Below, piece by piece: positions 24,349 to 36,797 of a stretch of 64,000 nucleotides of DNA. Numbering within the stretch: position 1 is the first letter of the stretch; each line of letters begins with the position of its first letter. Made by a program: the position numbers and the translations under genes. This stretch comes from Octopus sinensis (taxonomy: Eukaryota), in assembly GCF_006345805.1 (NCBI RefSeq), contig NC_043024.1:7254001-7318000 (forward strand), read 5' to 3'. The notes below the pieces were generated by a model. The model did not search any database. It saw nothing but the letters and a program-made list of their open reading frames with translations, and was not told the origin of the DNA.

Positions 24349-25325
24349 CTAATCGAAAACAAAATATACTGTAGCCAAACAGCAGAATATATATACATAT
24401 ATATACATACATACACAGCAGCTACAAAGAACACCTAAATGAAAACTGTCCCAATGAGGAACATCTAAATCGGTGGTTCTCAACCATTTTTTGCAAAAGG
24501 GCCCCCTTTGGGTCCTATCTTAATCAATAGGACCTTCACAGACATTTGATGTATATAAAAAGAAAAAAAAAAAAACTTAGGAATTGTACTCTTTTACTCG
24601 TTTCAGTCATTTGACTGTGGCCATGCTGGAGCACTGCCTTTAGTCGAGCAAATCGACCCCCAAGACTTATTCTTTGTAAGCCTAGTACTTATTCTATCAG
24701 TCTCTTTTGCCAAACCGCTAAGTTACGGGAACGTAAACACACCAGCATCGGTTGTCAAGCGATGTCGGGGGGACAAACACAGACACACACACACATATAT
24801 ATGCAACGGTCTACCAAATCCACACACAATGCTTTGGTCGGCTCAAGGCTAGAGTAGAAGACACTTGCCCAAAGTGCCATGCAGTGGGACTGAACCTGGA
24901 ACCATGTGGTTCGTAAGCAAGCTACTTACCACACAGCCACTCCTATTTGTTAAAATATTTATTGCACATAAATTTTAACAGCAAAATTTTATAGTGACCC
25001 CTCCAAGAGTCATGTGGACCTCAGTTGAGAAACATTGGTCTGGACCTAAAGCAAAAATTTTTTTAGGGGCCTTTAAAATACTACTGTGGATCCCTAATTT
25101 ACAATTTTGTTAATGTGGACCCACAAAAAAACTTAGACCCTTAGGGGCCTGATGGACACCAGTTGAGAACCACTGCTCTAAACGATCACTCACTGAAGAA
25201 AAGATCCGAGAGTCATGGCCGGGACACCTGATCAGGAGTTTGTTATGTTAGATGAAGGCCTGATGTAGGGACACACAAGAACTTGTCTAAAGACATATGC
25301 GGACACACCACTGAAAAATTCTTAC

Positions 25326-25423
25326 CTCAGTATCAAGCTGACAAAGTGATTCGACACCCAGGTTTAATCCACTGGACAAGGAGCTACTGGAGTAGGGTAG
25401 ATTGTCAAACAGGGAAAAGTTAT
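25326..25423 (-). CDS. RANBP2: RanBP2 exon; phase 1 to 0
   Basis: tttcag|...|gtaag; NFSLFDNLPYSSSSLSSGLNLGVESLCQLDTE (human LFHHLP...PESICILDLE). Confidence 0.87.
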
Positions 25424-25559
25424 CTGAAATAATATACAACATATTAACATCATTGTTGTTCCATCAGGGTGGTGATAAAAACTGCAATTTTATCTGCCCC
25501 CGCCCTACACACTCCATTCCAGGCAGTTTCCTCTTAAGACTTCACTGGTTTTTATTAAG

Positions 25560-25862
25560 AAAAGAGAAAAGAGTGAGAGGGCGGGAGAGAGAGAAAAGAG
25601 AGAGAGAGATACAGAGAAAAGAGAGAGAGATACAGAGAAAAGAGAGAGAGATATACAGAGAAAGAGAGAGAGATACAGAGAAAGAGAGAGAGATACAGAG
25701 AAAAGAGAAAGAGAGAGAGAGAGAAAAGAGGGAGAGAAAGAGACGGAGAGGGAGAGAGAGATACAAAGAGAGGATAGAAAGAAGGAGAAAGGGAGAGAAA
25801 GAGACGGAGAGGGAGAGAGAGATACAAAGAGAGGATAGAAAGAAGGAGAAAGGGAGAGAAAT
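25560..25862. repeat. GA-rich microsatellite
   Basis: agagagagatacagagaaa units. Confidence 0.95.
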
Positions 25863-25942
25863 AGTGATTATTCAACATCATCATCAACAACAAGAACCAC
25901 CACATTCGTATGCAGATTTAAGATGGGATGGATGCTACTCAC

Positions 25943-26035
25943 AGTTCGGCTGAGCTTCGTCCTTGGCTGCATTGTAATAGTGGAGACACAACCAGATGAT
26001 GCTGTTGAGATCAGTGGAGTTAAGAAGGACAGAGA
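25943..26035 (-). CDS. RANBP2: RanBP2 exon; phase 1 to 1
   Basis: tttcag|...|gtgagt; SVLLNSTDLNSIIWLCLHYYNAAKDEAQPN (human AHNGSLQHLTWLGLQW). Confidence 0.87.
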
Positions 26036-26305
26036 CTGAAATATAAAAAAAAACAATGGAAATAAGGTAACACTGGTGGAGGGCAAACGACAAGGACAAA
26101 ATAGTCAGTAATTAAGGCCCAGTCTGCAGCAATTTGTTGGGCTGATTAGGTGCAGGCTTGGCTGCGTGGTAAGAGGCCTGCTTCACAATCAGAGGTCTTG
26201 AGTTCGGTCTCATTGTGGAGCACTTGCGGCAAGTGTCTACTTTGGCCCTGGGCCAACCAAAGCCCTGTGAGCGGATATGGATGATGCAAACTGAAAAGCC
26301 TGTCA

Positions 26306-26343
<38 letters not shown>

Positions 26344-27059
26344 CACACATACATATACACGCACACATATACACATGTGTGTGTGCATATGTATAAATAT
26401 ATGTCCATGTGTGTGTGTGTATGTATGTATGAGTATATTTGCCATTTAAATAGGGTGGATGCTACTGTAGCTTGTAGCTCCGGGAGGATACCTCCTCCAG
26501 CTGGCTATAGACACTTTCTGTGCCCTATCAGTATTTGCAAAGGGAAGCCATCCTTCCCGTCTTCAACCTATGATACACACGGACTCGAGTTTCTGGGTAT
26601 TTACTCGTCATCAGCATATGACAATCATAGCTGTCGATGAAATGTAGGCCTTCCTCTGCAAATATATATCCTTTTTCCAGTGACGAAAAGTCACTGATAT
26701 CTAAAAAGTGTAAACAAGCAATAATAAATCTCTGAGCGAGTTATAAACAGTAGCTGCAACACATTGTGACGTATATTTGCCATTTTAATATGGCTAACCC
26801 CTAAGGGTGGATGCTACTGTAGTTTGTAGCCCCAGGAGGACACTCCTCCAGCTGGCTATAGACACACTTTCTGTGCCCTACATAAGAATTTTTTGCGTAG
26901 TAATAAGATAAAAAACCAAGGCTGTATAGATATTAAAGCATTTATAGATATATATGTAGAAAATCTACCTCAAATTCTATCTGACACATGCAAGTATGGA
27001 GAATAAGACATCATGGTGACACACTCACACACGGAGATATGTCACATATTATATATATA

Positions 27060-27321
27060 TATATATATAATATAATATATTAGGGAATGAATCCAAAATT
27101 ACAGGGAAAAATCAGATTTAGGGTTAAATCCAATTTTAATAGTAAAATATTATATAATATAATTCGAGACAAAACCACTATTTTAAAACCAAACAAGAAA
27201 AGACTTAATCAATACATAAAATTTTAATATAAATAAATAAATTATTTAATTTATATTAAAATTTTATGTATTGATTAAGTCTTTTCTTGTTTGGTTTTAA
27301 AATAGTGGTTTTGTCTCGAAT

Positions 27322-27335
<14 letters not shown>
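27060..27335. repeat. AT-rich element in (TA)n with a near-perfect 84-bp-arm palindrome (27151-27332); relative at about 63400-63815
   Basis: tatataatataattcgagacaaaacc...ttaatataaat / atttatattaa...ggttttgtctcgaattatattatata. Confidence 0.9.
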
Positions 27336-27360
<25 letters not shown>

Positions 27361-27593
27361 CACATAAAATACAAAATACAAAGTTACATCGTGATATCGC
27401 TAGTGATTAAAATACTCAAAATATATAACAGACTGGAATTGTAGGCCCGTCTCTTGCAATTTCAATCAATTGTATCTTGTCCTCCCTCTTGTATAGAAGT
27501 GTGGCTACAATCCAGCCTACCTCTACTTCTGGGGGGACATTTTTAAAGTGGAAATATGAAGAAAAGAGATGTTCAATGCAGCAGTCAACTCAC

Positions 27594-27818
27594 CTTGATC
27601 ATATTCTGCAAGATCTGACTTTGTAGGAATAGTTGAAGTGACATTGTTGAAAGCGTTTTCGGACAGCAGGAAAGACTTGCCCCGTCCCCTGCGCATGTCA
27701 CGGAATGTGAAGACCAAGTCATACAACTGCTCCTTGCATTGGGGCGTGCTGCAGCGCACCGTGAGGTCATAGATCCAGTTGGAAGAGTGCTTCTTAACAA
27801 CATCACACAGTACATGGC
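27594..27818 (-). CDS. RANBP2: RanBP2 exon; phase 1 to 1
   Basis: tag|...|gtgagt; GHVLCDVVKKH...QLYDLVF...KSFLLSE...DLAEYDQ. Confidence 0.9.
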
Positions 27819-28669
27819 CTAAAAGAAGGGAAAGAGCAAGCTGTAGTAATTCTGGTTATCAAACTGATGAGATTGCTGATATAAAAAATTAAAAATCAAA
27901 ATCAAATTCGATGACTGGCATCCGTGCAAAGAGCACCATATGAGTGTGATCACTGACAGAGTGGCTAACCGGCTTCCGTGCCAGTGGCACTTAAAAGGCA
28001 TCATTCGAGCGTGATCGTTACCAGCATCGCACTACCAGTACTCGAGCCCCGTGCCAGTAGGGTATTAAGAGCACCATCTGAGCGTGATCGTTGCCAGAGC
28101 GGCTATCTGGCCTCCCTGCCAGTGGCACGTAAAAAAACACCATGTGTAAAAGATTTGAGCGAGATTGTTGCCAGTCCCTCCTGACTGGCCCCGTGCCGGT
28201 GGCACGTAAAAGCACCCACTACACACTTGGAGTAGTTGGCATTAGGAAGGGCATTCAGCTGTAGAAACTCTGCCAGATCAAGACTGGAGCCTGGTGCAGC
28301 CATCTGGTTCGTCAGCCCTCAGTCACACATTCAACCCATGCTAGCATGGAAAGCGAACGCTAAACGATGATGAGGATGATGGAAAGGATTAGCCTTAAAT
28401 AGGCTTTACTTTTCGAAGAACGAGAGTATGGTATCTGTCATTAGTCATTTCAGTTGTGAACTTTTTTTGATCAGAAGTCAGTCATTTCTAAATATTCCCA
28501 AAGTCGACTGGCTGGCAACACGATGGAAATAACTGTGAGTAGTAACAATCATTTCTACTATAGGCACAAGGCCTGAAACTTGTGGGGAAGGGTTAGTCAA
28601 TTACATCGACCCCAGAACTCAACTGGTACTTATTTTATCAACCCTAAAAGGATGAAAGACAAAGTTGAC

Positions 28670-29245
28670 TAGTACGCTCACAGCAGCCATATTCCTACCG
28701 CTACATGTCACGCTGGTGAGACCCATATTGGAGTACGGGATTCAAGCCTCTTCTCCTTATCTCCTCAAACACATACAGCATCTCGAAACAGTCCAGAAGC
28801 TGGCTACCCGCATGGTTCTCGGTCTCAATAATTTGTCTTATGAAGAAAGGCTGAAGACGCTCGACTTTTATTCTCTAAAAAATCCACAACGCTGTGGTGA
28901 TCTCATTCTTGCTCACAACATCATAAGCGGAAAGTGTAACCTCTTGAAGGAGCTGTTCTTCACTCCTGCTCCAGAGTGTCGGCTGCGGGGTCATTCCGAA
29001 AAGCTCTATCTGCGACGATTTCATCTCAATCGAAGGAGAGGGGCTTTCTCCATCTGGGTTGCAGATCTGTGGAATAAGCTGCCGGACTAGATGGTGAAGA
29101 TGCCGACGACCGCTCGGTTCAAAGTCTCCCTTGACCACAAATGGCCTGAACTCTTTGCATGAACACCACCCTGTACATAACTCCATGTCCCCCTACATGG
29201 CCTTGCTTATTTGCTTTTTGAGCCAAAAAATTAACTAACTAAACC
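28670..29245 (+). mobile_element. CR1-group LINE, 3' end of ORF2 plus 3' UTR
   Basis: LHVTLVRPILEYG...LETVQKLATRMV.GL.NLSYEERLKTL..YSL...RGHS.KL...WNKLP; ends in an (aact)n tail. Confidence 0.9.
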
Positions 29246-29371
29246 ACTACATCAAGTGGCAAGATCAATACAGGAACTACAAGGCTCCCAATAACAAAAC
29301 CACCGACACCACCACCATCAACCATGCAAACAACAATACCAATTCTACTACAGAATGTAATGTTAACTCAC

Positions 29372-29543
29372 CAACTTGTGATAACCGGTAACAGCCCATC
29401 TTATGCAGGTACTTCACAAACAGCCTGTTTGTCAAGTCCCCTTGCAGGTACAAGTCAGAGTGTTTATCGATAGGACGGTAGCTTACGCTGGCCAGGTAGC
29501 ACAAAGTTGCAGCACCTTCAATTTCTTTCCAAGTTGATTGACC
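29372..29543 (-). CDS. RANBP2: RanBP2 exon; phase 0 to 1
   Basis: cag|...|gtgagt; GQSTWKEIEGAATLCYLAS...KMGCYRLSQV (human QWRALSELAALCYLIAF...MACDRLSQS). Confidence 0.9.
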
Positions 29544-30107
29544 CTGAGTAAACAAAGAAATAGATACGTGAATAAATAGGCATTACAATTGACAGAGCAA
29601 TCTGAATGCTACTGGGTTAAACCAGTCTGTGTATGGAGGTACAAAACCTCCATACACACGCAAGCATGTATCTGACTCAGACACTGTTCACTTTCCAGAC
29701 ATTTGTACATTACTGCATATGCTTCACACGCACTCTTGACAAGTTGTGGTGCACCTGAGCACTGTATACAATAATTTCATTATTATTATTATTAAAATAT
29801 CATCATGTTAAACCTGTCTGAGAACACTCCTGGTTCTATGATACAAAACCTCCATATAGGCACAGGAGTGGCTGTGAGGTAAGTTAGCTTGTTTACCACC
29901 ACAAGGTTCCGGGTTCAGTCCCACTGCGTGGCATCTTGGGCAAGTGTCTTTTGCTATAGCCCCGGGCCGACCAATGCTTGTGAGTGGATTTGGTAGACGG
30001 AAACTGAAAGAAGCCTGTCGTATATATTATATATGTGTAAGTAAATTATATATATATATACATATATTCATAAGATATCTAGCAATTATATATATATATA
30101 TATATAG

Positions 30108-30139
<32 letters not shown>

Positions 30140-31624
30140 TTTTGTCCCCCTAGCATCGCTTGACAACCAATGCTGGTGTGTTTACGTCCCCGTAACTTAG
30201 CGGTTCGGCAAAAGAGACCGATAGAATAAGTACTAGGCTTACAAAGAATAAGTCCTGGGGTCAATTTGCTCGACTAAACGCGGTGCTCCAGCATGGCCAC
30301 AGTCAAATGACTGAAACAAGTAAAAGAGAGTAAAAGAGTATACACGCAAGCATGTATCTGACTCGTACACTGTTTACTTTCCAGACATTTGTACATTACT
30401 ACATATACTTTATATGCACTTTTGACAAGTTGTGGTACACCTGAGCACTGTATACAATAATTTCATTATTATTATTATTATTATTAAAATATCATCATTA
30501 TGTAAGGTCAGTTTGTCCATGCTGGTATGGGTTGAATGATTTGACCAGAGCTGCCAAGCTGGAGAGTGGCACCAGACTCTAGTGTGATTTGGCATGGTTT
30601 CTACAGCTGGATGCCCTCTCCTAATGCCAATCACTTTACAGAGTGTGCCAGGTGTTTTTTATGTGGTGCCAGCACAAGCACTCTTTGCACAGGGCCAGCA
30701 CAAGCGCTTTATACATGGCACTGGTATGAGGACTTAAGGCTGCGAGCTGGCAGAATCGTTAGCACACCGGGTGAAATGCTAGGCGGTATTTCGTCTGCCG
30801 TTACGTTCTAAGTTCAAATTCCGCCGAGGTCGACTTTGCCTTTCATCCTTTCGGGGTCGATAAATTAAGTACCAGTTATGCACTGGGGTCGATGTAATCG
30901 ACTTAATACCTATGTCTGTCCCCTCTATGTTTAGCCCCTTGTGGGTAGTAAAGAAATAGGTATGAGAACTTGCTACGTGGTGCTTGTACAAGCACTTTCT
31001 ACATGGCGCTGACACAAGTGCTTTCTACGTGGCACAAGTTCAAGTGCTTCTATCACAGCGCTGGCACAGGACTATTGCAGGCAAAACCTCTTCACCAGAG
31101 GGAGCAGCTGTAGCACTTCTGCTGTGGAGTATGGACCTTCTCAAATACAGCAAGGTGCCAGGCATCTTAGTCCTTTGCCATCTTGTCTGAAAGGTTCAGC
31201 ATTCTGAGGTCATCCTTCACTACTTTGCCTAATGCCTTCCTGGGTCTCCCACTTCCATGGGTTCCATCTACTTCGAGAGATGGGCACTTCTTTATAGAGC
31301 TATTGGCATCCATCCGCATCACACAACCAAACCACACAGCATCTAATTACTCTTATGCCTGACTTCTCTCTCAATACACTAGCACTGTCAAACAGGTGTT
31401 TGTTTATGCCTTAAACAGCAGTATAATAACAACAAAGTTATTTTACTAAATTCTATTTTTTTTTTTAAATTAACAGAAACAAAAGCAATGCAATTCATAT
31501 GTTCTATTGCAGTGCTTCTCAACCAGGCCCTCTGAGGGGTTCATATAAGGTTTTAAAATTTATGTGCAAGAAACTGGTTGCACGTCTCCAATACACAAAA
31601 TATTTTCAATGCTTTTTTTATCAT

Positions 31625-31945
31625 CATCATCATCATCATCATTGTTCGACCGTGGTCGAGACAATGGAATTTACCATGCTACGCCAGACTTCATGGTCCA
31701 TCATGGCATTACGGAGGTCCTGTTGCTGGATGCCTGTATCCCTGGAGATTACATCAGGGTAGGAGAGTGTGCGCCCTCTGGCATTGTGAGTAGATGGCTT
31801 CCAGAGGAGGAGAGTAGAAATTACCTCTTTTTCAGCTCTACAACAATGTCCAGCAAACTGGACTCTCCTACCTTTCACAAGAGATGATACAGGTGGTAGT
31901 TTCCCATATATTTGCATTTAGCTCTCATAAGGAGGCAAGTGTAGG
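31625..31945 (-). mobile_element. RTE-group LINE 3' end with (TGA)n tail
   Basis: QIYGKLPPVSSLVKGRRVQFAGHCCRAEKEVISTLLLWKP...LRNAMMDHEVWRSMV followed by a gat repeat. Confidence 0.85.
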
Positions 31946-32240
31946 TTCCATCCAACCGCCTCTCAAGCTTTTTTTATACAGTTCCTAATATTCAATTATA
32001 TAAAAAATATACGCGTTTTTAGACATCAAATGGCTATGAGGGTAAAATAGGGATCAAAAGGGGTCCATAGGTAGGAAAATGGTTGAGGACCACTGCTCTA
32101 TAGGGAACAAAGAACTTAAGTAATAAACACTGACCGACACACACACACACACACAGAGGAATTCCTACACAATCTGTCAGTCACTCAGAGAGACGAACAC
32201 TAAGAAACAAGTATATATTACAAGCAAGCACATCGATTAC

Positions 32241-32370
32241 CTTAAGAGATCTCTTAAATAACAAACAGCCACAGAAAAAGAAGAAATATCCTTGCATTTC
32301 TGACAAAAATGCTGCCCATTGTGGTTGGTGGAATTGTAAACTGGCAACATTCAACAGCAGCTGGTCAAAC
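32241..32370 (-). CDS. RANBP2: RanBP2 exon; phase 2 to 0
   Basis: tttcag|...|gtaatc; FDQLLLNVASLQFHQPQWAAFLSEMQGYFFFFCGCLLFKRSLK (human FDSALQ...FLEMKGHFYMHAGSLLLK). Confidence 0.9.
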
Positions 32371-33066
32371 CTGAAATAAAAACAAATACCATTACTAGTG
32401 CATGCATATACAGCTGCGTGCGCACATACACGCGAGTACTGTCCAAATCTCCAACCAATCACATACAGCTAGCTGGCATTCAATTGGCATATCAAGTTTT
32501 GGGCATTTTGATTGGGTTTTGGATAGAAAATTCACAAAAAAGTCACTTCTATTGATTTTTTTAAGGGCTTTGCGGGGTGACTGGGGAAGTGTAAAAGATG
32601 TGCACGATCACCCTTGGACGGTTTTGAATGACCATAGAAAGTGTGAGCCCTCTAACTGAAAAATTGTGGATTTGTATAAAGGACACACATGCAGACATTT
32701 TGCCGTTTATATCCCTCTCTCTCTTTCGGAGAGGCACTGAGCAGCTATACGCACACATACACACACGGCAGTAACTTCCACCTACCGAATTCAATCACAA
32801 AGCTCCAGTCGGCTCGGGGCTATAGTGGAAGACACTTGCCCAAAGTGTCATGCAGTGGGACTGAACCCGAAACCATGTAGCTAGGAAGCAAGCTCCCTAA
32901 CCACACAGCCATGCCCGCGCCTATATAGAGATAAAGGATTCCTTAAAACCATTTTGGGAACAGCTGTTGTAAGCTACTGAAAGCCAATGTTTTGGCAATT
33001 TTTGATAGTTCTCAGCACTTTTCTGAATCCTAGGAAAAGGAATAGGAGAAGAGAATGTGTACTTAC

Positions 33067-33206
33067 GCATGTAGAGCCTCTGTAATATCAGAAACATCTT
33101 TTGCTGGCAACCACAGCAGTAGCTGTTTGCAGTGGGCAAATATCTTGTGTGTGTAGACATTGATGTCTGTTGGGTGGTGTTCCATGTGGCTGCAGACATA
33201 TGGAAG
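33067..33206 (-). CDS. RANBP2: RanBP2 exon; phase 0 to 2
   Basis: tttcag|...|gtaagt; LPYVCSHMEHHPTDINVYTHKIFAHCKQLLLWLPAKDVSDITEALH. Phase-consistent, weaker sequence similarity. Confidence 0.82.
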
Positions 33207-33406
33207 CTGAAACAAGAATTTAAAAAATTTTGAAATATTTAATTACATTATAAAAAAAAACTTGAATTTTTTTTCTCTTAGAAATTTTGAGAGAAATGAA
33301 ATGAAATTGTTTTAATATTGAGACTTGAAGTAAATAAAAATGCTTAGACAGTTGTTTGACCGTAACCAGTTGGGCATGTCCCTTAGTGGCTGACGATATG
33401 TGCATC

Positions 33407-33757
33407 ACCTCCTCACCGTGGTGGGGACGCTGGCAACGGGTAGTGTCAGAGCTATGCCATCAGGAACTTCAGTTCCTGGTAGGGCCACCCAAGGCGGATT
33501 GGTCTGACACCAAGTGGTATTAGGGCCAGGACCAGACAGATGGGGCTCTGGTGAAAATCCTCGGAGTGTCTGCTTCGGCAACCGGTGGCTCCTCGGTCGT
33601 TCTGTCCCTGCGCCTGCGGACAATCTGCAGCAAACAGGATGTCTTCACATGCGGGATTGTTGGGGACCACTTGTGAAATCCACATATTCTCATGAAACTT
33701 CTTCAATGAGTAGAAGAAGCCAACTCAACCCACCCAGGGTGAATATAGCCACAAGTA
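33407..33757 (+). mobile_element. Short RTE/BovB-related non-autonomous element (5'-UTR motif plus short 3' part)
   Basis: gagctatgcc...ggTAGGGCCACCCAAGGCGGA resembles the recalled BovB/Rex3 5'-UTR motif TAGGGCCACCCAAGACGGA. It splits a host repeat at gt(g/a)catc. Confidence 0.65.
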
Positions 33758-34310
33758 CATCTCTGATTGTGAACAGGAGTAGTAGGGGAGCATCAAAGCC
33801 ATGTGTTGAGAGGAATTCTTTGGGGTTTGAATAATTCACTTCTGGAAACATGGGTATTTCATTCGACATCCTTACACAACCCTTATTCAGAGACCTTTTG
33901 AGCATGATGGGCTACTGAACCTGAAGAAAATTCTAACTGGGCCCCACCTGCAAGGTCATGTACTGTTTATCTTGACATGATTTCACCATGTCGCACACAT
34001 AAGGTTGTGATGCATGTGCTTGGTGAACCCTTATCAGACGGGGAGTTATGATGGGTATGTTAGGTTTCGTATATTTGCACCCCAGTGTCACTTTGATGGC
34101 ATGTGCTGCTCCCTCAATAAGAATGGTTTCAAACTTTTGCAGCTTGCAAGCTTTACATGTATATAATGTTGTATATAGATATATACACAAGTGTAAAAGA
34201 TGTGTATATTTCGAATTTGCATAGCTTACATATTTTTTGAAACAGAATATTTATCCCAATAATAATAAAAAAAAGACAAAAATATATAAACAAGAAAATA
34301 TTTGACTTAC

Positions 34311-34472
34311 TGAATAAAACTCAACAAGGTAGTCATACCAATCAACGTTGAAGTCAAAGATGTAGAGAGAGTCCACAGATACAGCATGGGCAATTGCAGT
34401 GTCGATCCGTTTGCTGTCCACATACAACTTGAGTAGTTTAATACGGATATGTACATTCCCGGGTTTCTTAAC
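34311..34472 (-). CDS. RANBP2: RanBP2 exon; phase 0 to 0
   Basis: cag|...|gtaagt; VKKPGNVHIRIKLLKLYVDSKRIDTAIAHAVSVDSLYIFDFNVDWYDYLVEFYS. Confidence 0.9.
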
Positions 34473-36554
34473 CTGTGACAAATATTAAAAAGATTAAATA
34501 TTAACAAGTTCATGGCAATACTAATGCATACTCACACACATACTACAGATATGCATACATCATCATCGTTTAAAATCTGCTTTCCATTCTAGCATGGGTT
34601 GGACGATTTGACTGAGGGCTGGCGAACCAGATGGCTGCACCAGGCTCCAATCTTGATCTGGCAGAGTTTCTACAGCTGGATGCCCTTCCTAATGCCAACC
34701 ACTCCGAGAGTGTAGTGGGTGCTTTTTACGTGCCACTGGCATGGTAGCCAGTCAGGCAGAACTGGCAACGACCACATGCACCCATACACATATAGGCGCA
34801 GGAGTGGCTGTGTGGTAAGTAGCTTGCTTACCAACCACATGGTTCCGGGTTCAGTCGCACTGCGTGGCATCTTGGGCAAGTGTCTTCTGCTATAGCCCCA
34901 GGCCAACCAATGCCTTGTGAGTGGATTTGGTAGACGGAAACTGAAAGAAGCCTGTCGTATATATATGTATGTGTGTATATATGTCCCCGTTACTTAGCGG
35001 TTCGGCAAAAGAGACCGATAGAATAAGTACTGGGCTTACAAAAGAATAAGTCCCGGGGTCGATTTGCTCGACTAAAGGTGGTGCGCCAGCATGGCCGCAG
35101 TCAGATGACCGAAACAGGTAAAAGAGTATACCTCTGCACAAGCATATGCACACACAAAGGGTTAGCAACAGGAAGGACACCCAGCTACCTCAACAAATTC
35201 CATTTGGGCCATGCAAACACAAAAAGTGGACATGAAATAATGACGATTTGAATTTAAAAGAAAAACGTTTTCAAATCAACCTGATTTTCTTTTACCATGA
35301 ATATGACCATGAATAGAAGCTTCAATGCCATTATTTCATTCGGTTTGGGATTCTTTACGTGAAGATTATACCTATTTCTTTACTGCCCACAAGGGGCTAA
35401 ACACAGAGAAGACAAACAAGGACAGACAAATGGATTAAGTCGATTATATCGACCCCAGTGCGTAACTGGTACCAATTTATCGACCCCGAAAGGATGAAAG
35501 GCAAAGTCGACCTCGGTGGAATTTGAACTCAGAACGTAACGGCAGACGAAATACGGCTACACATTTCGCCCGGCATGCTAACGTTTCTGCCAGCTCGCCA
35601 CCTTGTGCCAGCTACTGACATAGGTATCGGTACAGTAAGATACAGGCATGGGAATGTAGTTAACAAGCTGGGTTTGGTACGCATGTGTGACACCTTGGGC
35701 AAGTGCCTTCAAGAGATGCAGACCAACCAAAGCCTTGTGAGTGAATTTGGGAAACAGAAACTGAAAGAAACCCATAAAATGTATGTGTGGTGCAGTGTGT
35801 GTAAATGTTAGAGGGTACTTGTCTTGATATCGCATGATAGATGTAAGCTAATGTCACTGTCGTGTGTTGTCCTGTATCCAGTCTTCTGTGAAAACATGTC
35901 TGGTCACAGGGGACCATTGCTTCACTTGGAAACAGGTGAGGCCTGGCAGCACAAAGGGCATCCAGCTGTAGAATGTATGCATCCACAAAACTTCATCTAT
36001 TCCATGCAAACATGGAAAAGTGGACATTAAAATTACAATGAGGATGGAGATGACATACTCATCATCATTTAATATCTGCTTTCCACCGGTGGCACGTAAA
36101 AAGCACCCACTACACTCATGGAGTGGTTGGCGTTAGGAAGGGCATCCAGCTGTAGAAACACTGCCAGATCAGACTGGAGCCTGGTGCAGCCTCCTGGCTT
36201 CCCAGACCCCAGTTGAACCGTCCAACCCATGCCAGCATGGAAAGCGGACGCCAAACAATGATGATGAGGTCCATGTGGGTTGGATGTTTTCACTGAAAAC
36301 TAGTAAGCTGCACCAGGTTCCAGTCTGATTGGCAAAGTTTCTACAGCTGGATGCCCTTCCTAACGCCAACCACTCCAAGAGTGTATTCAGTGTTTTTTAC
36401 ATGCCACTGACCTGACATCGGCCACAACTATGGTCTCACTTGGTTTGACAGGTTTACACAAGCACGGTATATTGCCAAAGGTCTTGGTCACTTGTCACCT
36501 GTCTCCATGAGGCAGCGACAGGTGACTAAATGAGATTATCCATGAAATACTTAC

Positions 36555-36623
36555 AAGTTCACTCTTGAAGAAGTTCTCCATCTCAGTTGGGTTGCCATCA
36601 CTTTCGGAATCAATGAGCTTTTC
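36555..36623 (-). CDS. RANBP2: RanBP2 exon; phase 0 to 0
   Basis: tttttcag|...|gtaagt; EKLIDSESDGNPTEMENFFKSEL (human EQLLDCEGEDGWNKLFDLIQSEL). Confidence 0.87.
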
Positions 36624-36797
36624 CTGAAAAACACAAACAAGTCAGGCAGATGTAGTATGGACACCCACTGCAGAGTATGCACAAAAAAAAACAAGAAAAA
36701 ACAAAAACACAAGGAACAAATGAATTTAACTGTATAGTGTGTATATCATTTATATAACCTGGACACTCAAATTATAAATAGATATATCATCCTTTAA

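Noticed and set aside
26570-26615. Minus-strand CTGATGA-CGAGT...ACTCG as a hammerhead
   Set aside because: Followed by GAGT rather than GAAA, with no stem I or III.
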